Below, in pieces: positions 7,653-15,843 of a DNA stretch of 24,000 nucleotides; within the stretch, counting starts at the first letter, position 1; each line of letters starts with the position of its first letter. The notes beneath the pieces are model-generated. The model ran no database searches and was not told the DNA's origin. It worked only from the letters and a program-made list of their open reading frames with translations. The position numbers were made by a program, and so were the translations under genes. Source of the stretch: Treponema lecithinolyticum ATCC 700332. Lineage in GTDB: Bacteria; Spirochaetota; Spirochaetia; Treponematales; Treponemataceae. The DNA lies in the NCBI RefSeq assembly GCF_000468055.1, contig NZ_KI260569.1:124967-148966 (forward strand), in the 5' to 3' direction.

Positions 7653-7681
7653 ATTATATTTCTTCATCATATCTTTGTCAA
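7653..7681 (-). promoter_or_regulatory. Perfect-consensus sigma70 promoter (TTGACA-17-TATAAT) for the FlaA-like pair
   Basis: In minus sense, TTGACA is at 7681..7676, the spacer is exactly 17 nt, and TATAAT is at 7658..7653. The leader is about 55 nt and ends in AAAAGGAG before ATG 7589. Confidence 0.55.
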
Positions 7682-7689
7682 TCTTTGTA

Positions 7690-7718
7690 TTGATTATTTT
7701 TATAAAACTGCATATTAT
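7690..7718 (+). promoter_or_regulatory. Candidate sigma70 promoter for fba (TTGATT-17-TATTAT)
   Basis: TTGATT is at 7690..7695, the spacer is 17 nt, and TATTAT is at 7713..7718. An AAGGAG SD lies 6 nt before ATG 7748. Confidence 0.4.
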
Positions 7719-7747
7719 TGTACCGGTAATTCCAATAAGGAGCTTTT

Positions 7748-8752
7748 ATGGTCAGTTACAAGGATTTAGGTTTGGTAAACACAAAAAAGATGTTTGCCAA
7801 AGCAATTAAAGGCGGCTACGCAATTCCTGCTTACAATTTCAATAATATGGAACAACTTCAAGCGATTATTCAAGCATGCGTAGAAACAAATTCACCCGTT
7901 ATTTTGCAAGTTTCTTCCGGTGCGCGCAAATATGCGAATCAAACGCTTTTGCGCTATATGGCGCAAGGTGCCGTAGCTTATGCAAAAGAACTGGGCTGCA
8001 AAAAACCGCAAATCGTGTTGCACTTGGATCACGGCGATTCGTTTGAACTGTGCAAATCCTGCATTCAAATGGGTTTTTCCTCAGTTATGATTGACGGATC
8101 TTCTTTGCCCTACGATGAAAACGTCAAACTGACAAAAAAAGTATGCGACTATGCGCACAAACAAAAAGACTACGTAACCGTAGAAGGCGAATTGGGCGTT
8201 TTGGCAGGCGTTGAAGACGACGTATGCGCCGAAGAAAGCCATTATACCAAACCCGAAGAAGTACAAGACTTTGTAAAAAAGACAGGCGTAGACTCTTTGG
8301 CAATTTCCATCGGTACCAGCCACGGTAGGCAAAAATTTAAACCCGAACAGTGCAAAAAAAATGCCGACGGAATTTTGATTCCTCCTCCCCTCGCCTTTGA
8401 CGTATTGTCGGAAATAGAAAAAAAATTGCCCGGCTTTCCGATTGTATTGCACGGCTCGTCTTCCGTACCGATCGAATACGTTAAACAAATCGAAAAATTC
8501 GGCGGAAAATTAAAAGATTCGGTCGGTATTCCTGAAGCGCAATTGCGCAAAGCATCCAAGTCTGCCGTATGCAAAATAAACATCGATTCGGACGGACGTC
8601 TTGCGATGACCGCAGCTATCCGCAAAGTATTTGCCGAAAGCCCGAGCGAATTCGACCCGCGCAAATATTTGGGTCCCGCACGCGACGAACTGAAAAAAAT
8701 GTACATTCACAAAAACAAAGAAGTACTCGGTTCGGCGGGAAAACTGGACTAA
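7748..8752 (+). CDS. fba: Class II fructose-1,6-bisphosphate aldolase
   Basis: 334 aa. The N-terminus YAIPAYNFNNMEQLQAIIQA, the metal ligand block HLDHGDS, and EGELG, IGTSHG and VLHGSSSVP are all typical of class II FBA. Confidence 0.93.
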   Translation: MVSYKDLGLVNTKKMFAKAIKGGYAIPAYNFNNMEQLQAIIQACVETNSPVILQVSSGARKYANQTLLRYMAQGAVAYAKELGCKKPQIVLHLDHGDSFELCKSCIQMGFSSVMIDGSSLPYDENVKLTKKVCDYAHKQKDYVTVEGELGVLAGVEDDVCAEESHYTKPEEVQDFVKKTGVDSLAISIGTSHGRQKFKPEQCKKNADGILIPPPLAFDVLSEIEKKLPGFPIVLHGSSSVPIEYVKQIEKFGGKLKDSVGIPEAQLRKASKSAVCKINIDSDGRLAMTAAIRKVFAESPSEFDPRKYLGPARDELKKMYIHKNKEVLGSAGKLD

Positions 8753-8765
8753 GCGTTTTAAGAGG

Positions 8766-8810
8766 CTGTCCAAAAACTGAAGTTTTTGGACAGTTTCCTT
8801 GATTTTATAT
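8766..8810 (+). terminator. Intrinsic terminator of fba (repeat unit A)
   Basis: A perfect 12-bp stem, CTGTCCAAAAAC-TGAA-GTTTTTGGACAG (8766..8793), is followed by TTTCCTTGATTTTATAT. Confidence 0.65.
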
Positions 8811-8920
8811 GCGATGTTTTAAATTAAGTCATTACTGACAAAGACTTAATTTAAAACTCGTCGGGGATGGCGAAAAAGTAACCGACTTTTGAGACATCCC
8901 CTCGTTTAACCGAAATATTG

Positions 8921-8970
8921 AGTCTGGTGCGGAAACTGAAGTTTTTGCACCAGACTCTTTGATTTTATAC
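8921..8970 (+). terminator. Second terminator-like hairpin (repeat unit B), related in sequence to unit A
   Basis: AGTCTGGTGCGGAAAC-TGAA-GTTTTTGCACCAGACT (8921..8956) forms a 16-bp stem, and G-U pairs make it complete only in plus-sense RNA. It is followed by CTCTTTGATTTTATAC. It shares the loop and inner stem (AAACTGAAGTTTTTG) and the tail (TTGATTTTATA) with unit A. Confidence 0.5.
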
Positions 8971-9049
8971 GCAAACAGCAGTCGTTATTAATAATAAGGC
9001 GGCGCCGTTCCGCTTGCCTGCCGACGGAGTGCCGACAGGGCGGCACAAA

Positions 9050-10423
9050 TTAAGCTTTTGCTTTTCCGTACCAATCGACTTTTCGTGTAAGGAACATAAG
9101 AAGCGCAACAACGCAAAAAATGCCGATGCTTCCGATAAGCAGCGCGTAATCTTCCGACTGTAAAATACCGAACAGCAAAAAATACGAAACCGCTTGTACC
9201 GCCGAAAGCAGCAAACCCCACTTAAAGCGATGGAAGATCGCTGTCGCATAAAACAGCACAACGGCACATACACCGGTTGTCGCAATAAAATAACTTAATT
9301 TAAACGAAAGATGTTCTGATATGGAAAGAATAAGTAAATAAAACAAAATATCGGCAATACCTATAAGAAAATATTGGATGGGATGAATTTTAACCGCGCT
9401 CCACAATTCGCATAAAAAAATAGCCAAAAACGGCACTGCCAAAAATAAAAGCGCATAGGTTATACAGCGCTTGGCTTGCGAATAATTGTTTACCGGAGTG
9501 ATAAAATCCACAACTACTTTTTCAGCTTCCAAACCTATTTTTGCCGTGTTTACAAAAAGTTCCGCATCTGCGTTTTTTCGGTTGCGGCTTTCCGTTTTCC
9601 ACGTGCGCGGAAAAACCGTGCTTAAACCGGAAATATTCCATACGGCGCTAAAGCCGTCTTTGCCGAGCGTGCGTTCGGTAGGAAGCCATCCGCCGGTAAA
9701 ACTGGGAGAGGACCAAGTTGAGCGCAAATCGAATACGTTATCCTGCGCAAGCGGAACGATTTTTAAGCTTTTGCCGCCTTGAACGGAAAGTTTTCCTTTA
9801 AGCGAAAAACCGGATTTTACCGCCGATTCGTTTACCGTATAGTATACGGCGTTGCCGAAAGGAGAAGCATCGTTAGGGTCAGAAAGCGCAAGTTTAAGTT
9901 CGTTTCCGTTTAATTGCAGCGCAGGCTGCGCGGTAAAACTTTTTTTGTTTTCTATTCCCAGTATAAGAACGGCATCTTTATAGCGTATGTCTTTTTCCGG
10001 TATATTAAATTGACTAAAACGGAACGGCGGAAATTCGGCAGCAACATCAACGTCGGCGTTAAAAACGGGCACGTTAAAAATACCTCGCGAAAGATAATAC
10101 GGATTCACTTGCGCCGAAAGCTCATATTTTTCGGGAACTTCAATAACATAGTAAGTTTTAACGCTGCGGACCGTATTGCCGTTTTCGTCTTTGCGCTCGA
10201 CAAGTTTTTCGTAGGGTACGGCAAGCACCAGTCCTTCGAGCGTCGGCTGACCGCCGACCGGTTCCATAATGGAATCTTCGGCGCTTTCTTTGTAAAATTC
10301 TCTATCGCGTATCAGCGATTTAATAAAGGCAATCGGAATTAAAAGCACAAGTAAAAGCGCAAAAATAATCAGCGGTTTTACCCATGCCCATTTACCCGAA
10401 AAATTAATCGATTTTGTTTCCAT
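9050..10423 (-). CDS. creD: Cell envelope integrity inner-membrane protein CreD
   Basis: 457 aa with an N-terminal TM helix, a large periplasmic region and a C-terminal TM bundle. Blocks recalled from E. coli CreD are present: STWSSPSFTGGWLP (E. coli SNWPHPSFLGDFLP), HPIQYFLIGIADILFYLLILSISEH (HPMQYLLVGLSLVMFYLLLLALSEH) and FLTRKVDWY (FVTRNIDWY). Confidence 0.85.
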   Translation of the reverse strand: METKSINFSGKWAWVKPLIIFALLLVLLIPIAFIKSLIRDREFYKESAEDSIMEPVGGQPTLEGLVLAVPYEKLVERKDENGNTVRSVKTYYVIEVPEKYELSAQVNPYYLSRGIFNVPVFNADVDVAAEFPPFRFSQFNIPEKDIRYKDAVLILGIENKKSFTAQPALQLNGNELKLALSDPNDASPFGNAVYYTVNESAVKSGFSLKGKLSVQGGKSLKIVPLAQDNVFDLRSTWSSPSFTGGWLPTERTLGKDGFSAVWNISGLSTVFPRTWKTESRNRKNADAELFVNTAKIGLEAEKVVVDFITPVNNYSQAKRCITYALLFLAVPFLAIFLCELWSAVKIHPIQYFLIGIADILFYLLILSISEHLSFKLSYFIATTGVCAVVLFYATAIFHRFKWGLLLSAVQAVSYFLLFGILQSEDYALLIGSIGIFCVVALLMFLTRKVDWYGKAKA

Positions 10424-10463
10424 AATAATTCCTTAATATTTTTTTGTAACATATTGTAATATA

Positions 10464-11441
10464 TTAAAAACGGCTGTTAAGCAATGCAGCTCCTACTACG
10501 CCCGCTTTATCCTGTAAAACTCCCGTGCAAATAAGCGGCAGCTCCGTATTCGGGCCGCGCAAACACTCTTTTTCGGCAATCGCGCGAAGCGGTGCCAGTA
10601 AAGCTTCACCCTCTTTGCTTACCCCTCCCGAAAGCACAATCATTTGCGGCTGAAAAATACTTACGGCATTTACCGTACACGCCGCTAAAGAGCGGATATA
10701 ATAGTCGAGTGCCGCCTTTGCCGCTTTATCGCCCGCCTTTGCCGCACAAAACGCGGTACGGCCGCTTACTCCCTCAAGTGTACCGCCCGCTTCGCGCCAC
10801 AAACTGCTTTCCGGAAAGCGCTGCATAAACTCGCGCGTAGTTTGCTTTAAACCGTTTGCCGAAGCATACATATTAATACAGCCTTTTCTTCCGCACGGAC
10901 AGTCTCTTCCGTCCAATTCGATAACAGTATGCCCCAACTCCCCTGCAAGACCGTTGCTTCCGCGGAATATGGAACCGTTTAAAATAATGCCCGAGCCTAT
11001 GCCCGTACCGATGGTAATCGATACCATGTCGGTGCACGGTTTTGCAAGTTTTGCGCAAGAGCCTGCACCGGCAATATACTCTCCCCATGCTGCGGCGTTG
11101 GCATCGTTTTCCGTATACACGGAGATATGCAATTTTTTTTCCAAATAGTCTTTTATCGGAACTCCGTAAAACCCCAAATTTGCGGCAACTTCCACCACTC
11201 CTTTTTCGATATCCACAATTCCGGGCGTACCGATACCCGCAAAAGCGCATTTTTTAAGCGACATATCCGGCACTTGCGCGCACACATCAAAAACGGATTG
11301 CGCACAATCGTCCAAAATCTCGTTCCACGGGCGGGGCAAACGCGTTTCCCGTGTGCAAGAGGCTATAATACGGTATGTATTGTCCAGCACGGCGGTTTTT
11401 ATTGCTGTGCCGCCTAAATCTATGCCTAAAAAATATTCCAT
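10464..11441 (-). CDS. ROK-family sugar kinase (glucokinase-like)
   Basis: 325 aa with the N-terminal ATPase motif LGIDLGGTAIK, plus ENDANAAAWGE, GTGIGSGIILNG and the ROK zinc motif GHTVIELDGRDCPCGRKGCINMYAS. Confidence 0.88.
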   Translation of the reverse strand: MEYFLGIDLGGTAIKTAVLDNTYRIIASCTRETRLPRPWNEILDDCAQSVFDVCAQVPDMSLKKCAFAGIGTPGIVDIEKGVVEVAANLGFYGVPIKDYLEKKLHISVYTENDANAAAWGEYIAGAGSCAKLAKPCTDMVSITIGTGIGSGIILNGSIFRGSNGLAGELGHTVIELDGRDCPCGRKGCINMYASANGLKQTTREFMQRFPESSLWREAGGTLEGVSGRTAFCAAKAGDKAAKAALDYYIRSLAACTVNAVSIFQPQMIVLSGGVSKEGEALLAPLRAIAEKECLRGPNTELPLICTGVLQDKAGVVGAALLNSRF

Positions 11442-11478
11442 ATTTTCTTATAATGTGCTATAATAAATCTTATGTCAA
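11436..11478. promoter_or_regulatory. Back-to-back promoters in and around the 30-bp ROK/cutC intergenic gap; both genes look leaderless
   Basis: On the plus strand, TGcTATAAT (11456..11464) is followed by 7 nt and ATG 11472. In minus sense, TTGACA (11478..11473) is followed by a 17-nt spacer, CATTAT (11455..11450), 8 nt and ATG 11441. Neither gene has an SD. Confidence 0.4.
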
Positions 11479-12323
11479 CCGATACCGCTTTTTTACAACG
11501 CACCGTTTTACCGCACAAAGTACTTGAAGTATGCGCCGATTCTTTTGACTCTGCCGTATGCGCACAAAAAGCAGGAGCCATGCGTATAGAATTGTGCGCC
11601 AATTTGATTATCGGCGGCACCACGCCTACACAAGCTTTAACGGAAGTAGTTGTACAAGCGCTTTCGATTCCCGTCCATGTACTCATACGGCCACGCTTCG
11701 GCGACTTTTATTACAGCGCATCCGAAACCGAATGCATGAAACGCGATATAGCGCTGTCATGCAAAGCCGGAGCCGCAGGTATTGTAATCGGCTGCTTACA
11801 AACGGACGGTTCTTTGGATACAAAAAAGCTTAAAGCTTTAATGCAAGCCGCTAAAGAAGCTGCCGGAAGCGGCAAAAAACTTTCGTTTACCCTGCACCGC
11901 GCATTCGATATGTGTAAAGACCCTTTAAAAGCATTTGAGCAAGCAGGAGAATTGGGCTTTGATACCGTTTTAACATCCGGGCAAGCTGCAACATGCTGGG
12001 AAGGACAAGCTTTGCTTAGCGAACTTGTCTCCCTTTCACGTGCAAACACAAACGGCGTCGGTCAAACCGGTAAAGCCGAAAAAAACGTGCACTACCCTGC
12101 AGTTATGGCGGGAAGCGGTTTAAAACCGGAATATATCGTACCGCTTGCACAAAAATGCGGCATAAACTGTTTTCATCTTTCCGGGAAAAAAGTCGTACAC
12201 AGCCCCATGCTCTATAAAAATAAAAACGTCAGTATGTCGTTTAAAGGAATGAGCGAATACGAGCTGTGGACAGCAGACGAAAAAACAATCGCCGAAGCGC
12301 GATGCCAATTCAATATGCTGTAA
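11472..12323 (+). CDS. cutC: Copper homeostasis protein CutC family
   Basis: 283 aa with LEVCADSFDSAVCAQKAGAMRIELCANLIIGGTTPT, IRPRFGDFYYS, FTLHRAFD, VLTSGQ and AGSGLKP, typical of the CutC TIM-barrel family. A small insertion (ANTNGVGQTGKAEKN) makes it longer than the usual ~250 aa. Confidence 0.85.
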   Translation: MSTDTAFLQRTVLPHKVLEVCADSFDSAVCAQKAGAMRIELCANLIIGGTTPTQALTEVVVQALSIPVHVLIRPRFGDFYYSASETECMKRDIALSCKAGAAGIVIGCLQTDGSLDTKKLKALMQAAKEAAGSGKKLSFTLHRAFDMCKDPLKAFEQAGELGFDTVLTSGQAATCWEGQALLSELVSLSRANTNGVGQTGKAEKNVHYPAVMAGSGLKPEYIVPLAQKCGINCFHLSGKKVVHSPMLYKNKNVSMSFKGMSEYELWTADEKTIAEARCQFNML

Positions 12324-12343
12324 TTTTTTACAGTCGAAAACTT

Positions 12344-14125
12344 TTATTTTAACAACCGTTCAAGTTCGGAATTAAGCTTTAAAAAAGCCGTGTCGGCAGG
12401 GTTTAGAGCAATTACTTGCTTCAGATAATACTGCGCTTTGCGGTAATCGGCGCGGCGGTAATAATATGCGTATAAATCATACAGCGCGTCTTCGTTGCGC
12501 GGATTTGAAGTTAAACTGGAACGTAAATCAGAAAGGCTTTGCGCATCCGAATCGTCCAAGCGGCTGCGTTCGTAGTACAGCACGCTTTTCATTTTACCGG
12601 CAGCACCGGGAAGCAGCGTGTTTATAAGCGCAGCGGCTTCTTTTTTTTTGCCTTCGGCAATCAGCAGCCGTATGTACCAGCGCTGCAGTTGTTCATTTTT
12701 GGTATCGGCAGTATAAAACTCTTTTAAAACGCTGCGCGCTTCTTCGGTTTTTCCCAAAGAAAGACAAATTTGTACGTGAGCCAATGCTGTATCAAGGGTA
12801 AAAGGCTGTTCGCGGGACGCTTCGCTGCTGTATTCGTATGCTTTTTCCCAATTTTTCTTTAAAACGGCATCTTTTGTTAAAACGTTCAACGCACGGTTAT
12901 TGTGCCGATCTTTTTCCAATACGCGCGCGGCAAGCTGCGCCGCCGTTTGAGAATTGATGTTTTGAGCGGAAGCCGAAGCGGTTTCCGCAGCTAACAAAAG
13001 CACTTCGGTGTCGTTGGGGTAGCGGCTAAGCGCTTCTTGTACCGAAACAAGGGCTGCACTGATGTTTTTATTCCACACCGTTTGAAGATGCGCGCGCAGC
13101 AAAAGATATTCTTTTGCCGTTTTATCGTTTCTGGCATACGCATCCAAAAGAGCTGATACGCTCAAATAATCTTCAAGCTGAAACAAAATCTTTGCCCTAA
13201 AAAGCAAAAAATGCAAATTATCCGGTTCACGCTGCAGTATGCGCGCCGCAAGGTTTTCCGCACTTGCATAGTCGAGCGCTTTAAACGCTGCTTCTGCGCT
13301 ATGCTTTAACACATCCGTATTTTGCGGTTCGCTTGCCAACAATTTTTTTGCCGTCTCGTATGCACGTTCGGTTTGCCCTGAATCCGAAAGCGCTTGTATA
13401 AGCGCAAGGGTAAGGTACGTATTGTTTGATTCGAACCTTGCGGCGCGCTCCAAAAGAGCGAGTGCTTCATCGCTTTTTTTTAAGCGTAATTTAAGTGTTC
13501 CTGCCAAATACAGGGCAAGCACCGAATCGGGGTTTATAGTAAGGGCTTTATCGAGCGAAGTTTCCGCCGCATCGTAAAACCCGTCCGTAACCGATGAGGG
13601 TAAAATCAAAGACGGCAGCACCAGCATAAAAATATCGTCAGATGCAGAAGAAAAAACGTACACTCCCTGCGCTACCGAATTCAGCGTGGAAGTATACAGG
13701 TTGTCGGGTAAAGGAGCGGGTACTTCCCATGTTATTTTTTCGTTTTGCCATACGTGCTTAAAAATCGAAGCACATACGGCAAGCAATACTTTTTCCTGTT
13801 CCGAATACTTTTGATTTGCTTTTCGAACAGAAGCAACAGCTCTGCGCACGGAAGACGGGCTGCCGTTTTGTATATTTCGCAATACGGCGGTATCCACTCC
13901 CCTAAAATACGACGGAAAAATTTTAGCCGAAATTACGGTTTGCACGGGCGCATTTTCGCCAAAAGCGCTTTCCAATGCGCGCTGTGCTTGTGCAGTTTTT
14001 GCCTCGTTTTTAGCAGATGAAGCACACGAAGCAAAAAATGAAGACAGTGCTAAAATTAAAAAAACGGTATGGGCGAGTGAGCGCAAACGCCCGAAGTATG
14101 TACCGCTTTGCCGCATACAATTCAT
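12344..14125 (-). CDS. TPR-repeat lipoprotein
   Basis: 593 aa with a signal peptide ending in the lipobox FFAS-C. It is helical-repeat rich with many TPR-like 34-residue units (e.g. ALALLERAARFESNNTYLTLALIQALSDSGQTERA, YETAKKLLASEPQNTDVLKHSAEAAFKALDYASA, YRKAQYYLKQVIALNPADTAFLKL). Its start lies 1 nt after the upstream gene's stop (TAATATG). Confidence 0.8.
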   Translation of the reverse strand: MNCMRQSGTYFGRLRSLAHTVFLILALSSFFASCASSAKNEAKTAQAQRALESAFGENAPVQTVISAKIFPSYFRGVDTAVLRNIQNGSPSSVRRAVASVRKANQKYSEQEKVLLAVCASIFKHVWQNEKITWEVPAPLPDNLYTSTLNSVAQGVYVFSSASDDIFMLVLPSLILPSSVTDGFYDAAETSLDKALTINPDSVLALYLAGTLKLRLKKSDEALALLERAARFESNNTYLTLALIQALSDSGQTERAYETAKKLLASEPQNTDVLKHSAEAAFKALDYASAENLAARILQREPDNLHFLLFRAKILFQLEDYLSVSALLDAYARNDKTAKEYLLLRAHLQTVWNKNISAALVSVQEALSRYPNDTEVLLLAAETASASAQNINSQTAAQLAARVLEKDRHNNRALNVLTKDAVLKKNWEKAYEYSSEASREQPFTLDTALAHVQICLSLGKTEEARSVLKEFYTADTKNEQLQRWYIRLLIAEGKKKEAAALINTLLPGAAGKMKSVLYYERSRLDDSDAQSLSDLRSSLTSNPRNEDALYDLYAYYYRRADYRKAQYYLKQVIALNPADTAFLKLNSELERLLK

Positions 14126-14126
14126 A

Positions 14127-14702
14127 TTATTGTAAATATTCCTCGTCGTCTTCGGAATCTTCAGCTAAAACAGGTGTTTTTTGTTTTTGCATATACAAAA
14201 ACAGCACAATCAATACCAAGCCGAATACAACGAAAATAAGAGGCCACCACATACGGGCAAATTCCGCAAACGAAACGGAAATAATATCGAGCGAAAAGCA
14301 CAAAAAAAACAAGCCCAATCCGGTAAGCGTAATCCCCGGCACAATATAAAACGCTTGCAGTTTACAAAACCGAATATAGCCGGACGGAAACAACAAAACT
14401 CCCGATAAAATAACGATAAACGGCCACACTTTGTTTAACCCGTAAGGAATCAAACGCGCACCGATAAGCAAAAACAACACGCCCGCACAGCATAAAAACA
14501 AACCGATAAATACAAAAAATGCCCGCTTTGTTCCCCGCAGTGCAAAATACGATATAATTCCGCCGGCACAAAGCAATACCAACGGGCGCAGAGCATACGA
14601 GCCGAAAGGCAAAGCCGATAAAAAACTTATTAAAAGTATAATTCCGCCTAAAGCAAAGATTAAACCGGCGGCAAGCAGCATATCGGGTTTACTGTGTTTC
14701 AT
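14127..14702 (-). CDS. Polytopic membrane protein with an acidic C-terminal tail, function unknown
   Basis: About 6 hydrophobic segments end in AEDSEDDEEYLQ. I place the start at ATG 14702 (MKHSKPD...), not the track's TTG 14720, because a TTGGCA-17-TATGCT promoter ends 6 nt before this ATG. Confidence 0.65.
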   Translation of the reverse strand: MKHSKPDMLLAAGLIFALGGIILLISFLSALPFGSYALRPLVLLCAGGIISYFALRGTKRAFFVFIGLFLCCAGVLFLLIGARLIPYGLNKVWPFIVILSGVLLFPSGYIRFCKLQAFYIVPGITLTGLGLFFLCFSLDIISVSFAEFARMWWPLIFVVFGLVLIVLFLYMQKQKTPVLAEDSEDDEEYLQ

Positions 14703-14708
14703 ACACAC

Positions 14709-14774
14709 AGCATACAACAAGAAGGCAGTCTTGCCAATAACCTGCCGGACATGTTACAATAAAAAAATGTCCGG
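14709..14774. promoter_or_regulatory. Divergent promoter pair sharing one -35 region, plus an 8-bp inverted repeat over the plus-strand -10 and ATG
   Basis: On the plus strand, TTGCCA (14731..14736) is followed by an 18-nt spacer, TACAAT (14755..14760), AAAAAA and ATG 14767. In minus sense, TTGGCA (14737..14732) is followed by a 17-nt spacer, TATGCT (14714..14709), GTGTGT and ATG 14702. The inverted repeat is CCGGACAT (14745..14752) - N14 - ATGTCCGG (14767..14774). Confidence 0.4.
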
Positions 14775-15843
14775 AAAAGCAAAAAAAACGCTGTACGGTA
14801 AACCTATGCGTCTTTTTATATACAACCTTTGCCTGTTTTGCCTGTGTGCGCTCTTGTGCTCATGCGCCGATTTTGCAAAAGAGCGTAAACCGATCCACAG
14901 TCAAAACGAACTGTTTGCTCTTTTAAATAAAACAGCCGAAGATGACGAACGGCGCTTTTTTATCATCAATCAAATAGCTTCAAATTACCGCAAAGCAAAA
15001 AAAGACGGCGAGCTTATATTATTTTTAACCGATTATGTAAAAAAACACCCGCAAGACAAATACAATGCGTATTGGCTGCTTTTAACCGCATACGTGTACC
15101 AAAAAGAAGGCGCAGAGCCCATTGCGGAAATGTATTTTGAACGGATAATAAAAAATTACGAAGATTTAGCCGTTCAGGGAAAATCGATTCATATCATCTG
15201 TTTGCAAAATTTGGTTAGAATAAGTACGTCGGCGGAAAACCGTATTGACTATTTTAAACAGCTGATAACGCATTTTCCTGAACAAATTAGCAAAACGGAA
15301 TTATATATGCGTTTGGCGCTTGAATACGAAAAAACGGGAGAATGGTACCAAGCGCTGCAATCGTATTCACTTTTTTTGGGGCAAGAAGATGCTTCAAAAA
15401 TACAAATTCCGGGAGTACCCGACGCGTACGAACAAGCGCGCAAATTGGTCGATTTTAACAATTCGCCAAAAGACTGGACCTTTGAAAGCCTTGAAGCTTT
15501 GGAAACGGCGGTAAAACAATCCATTACCGCATATCAATTCAATACTTTGGACAGGTACCGTTCAAAAGTAAATTTTTTTGCCATGTCATGGAAGCAGGAT
15601 GCCGGAGACCCGAACACTCAAGTTGATTTTTCTATGCGCGATTTCGGTTACGGCAACCGCGTGCGCTACAATGTGCAATTAAGCGAAGCTTCAAACCCGA
15701 ACGAAGCATATCTTCGCACGTGGGGATGGAACTCATACGTAAAAATATGGTATTTTTATTTTAGAAAAGTCAATTTTCCGCTTAATCCCGACATTCACGG
15801 AAGATGGGAATGGGCGGGCATTTACTACGGTGAAAAGCTATGA
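14767..15843 (+). CDS. Lipoprotein of unknown function: helical/TPR-like N-terminal half and Trp/Tyr-rich C-terminal domain
   Basis: Starting at ATG 14767 gives [33 protein letters not shown], a basic n-region, hydrophobic core and lipobox-like LCSC. An alternative start is ATG 14806. The stop overlaps the next gene's ATG (ATGA). Confidence 0.7.
   Translation: MSGKAKKTLYGKPMRLFIYNLCLFCLCALLCSCADFAKERKPIHSQNELFALLNKTAEDDERRFFIINQIASNYRKAKKDGELILFLTDYVKKHPQDKYNAYWLLLTAYVYQKEGAEPIAEMYFERIIKNYEDLAVQGKSIHIICLQNLVRISTSAENRIDYFKQLITHFPEQISKTELYMRLALEYEKTGEWYQALQSYSLFLGQEDASKIQIPGVPDAYEQARKLVDFNNSPKDWTFESLEALETAVKQSITAYQFNTLDRYRSKVNFFAMSWKQDAGDPNTQVDFSMRDFGYGNRVRYNVQLSEASNPNEAYLRTWGWNSYVKIWYFYFRKVNFPLNPDIHGRWEWAGIYYGEKL

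Noticed and set aside
8762-8974. CRISPR array or MITE with terminal inverted repeats
   Set aside because: Only two copies are present, and they are direct and hairpin-forming rather than spacer-separated repeats of constant length. No cas genes are present and no target-site duplication is evident. A dispersed-repeat origin remains possible and is mentioned in the finding.
8965-9285. Minus-strand ORFs 8965..9285 and 8988..9221, which would extend coding sequence past the creD stop
   Set aside because: They overlap the well-supported creD C-terminus in other frames and have Cys/Arg-rich, non-protein-like sequences. The creD C-terminus matches the E. coli CreD end (RKVDWY), so its stop at 9050 is correct.
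12324-12343. Terminator between convergent cutC and the TPR lipoprotein gene
   Set aside because: Only a 6-bp AT-rich stem (CTGTAA-TTTT-TTACAG) fits in the 20-bp gap. It is too weak to call as a feature.
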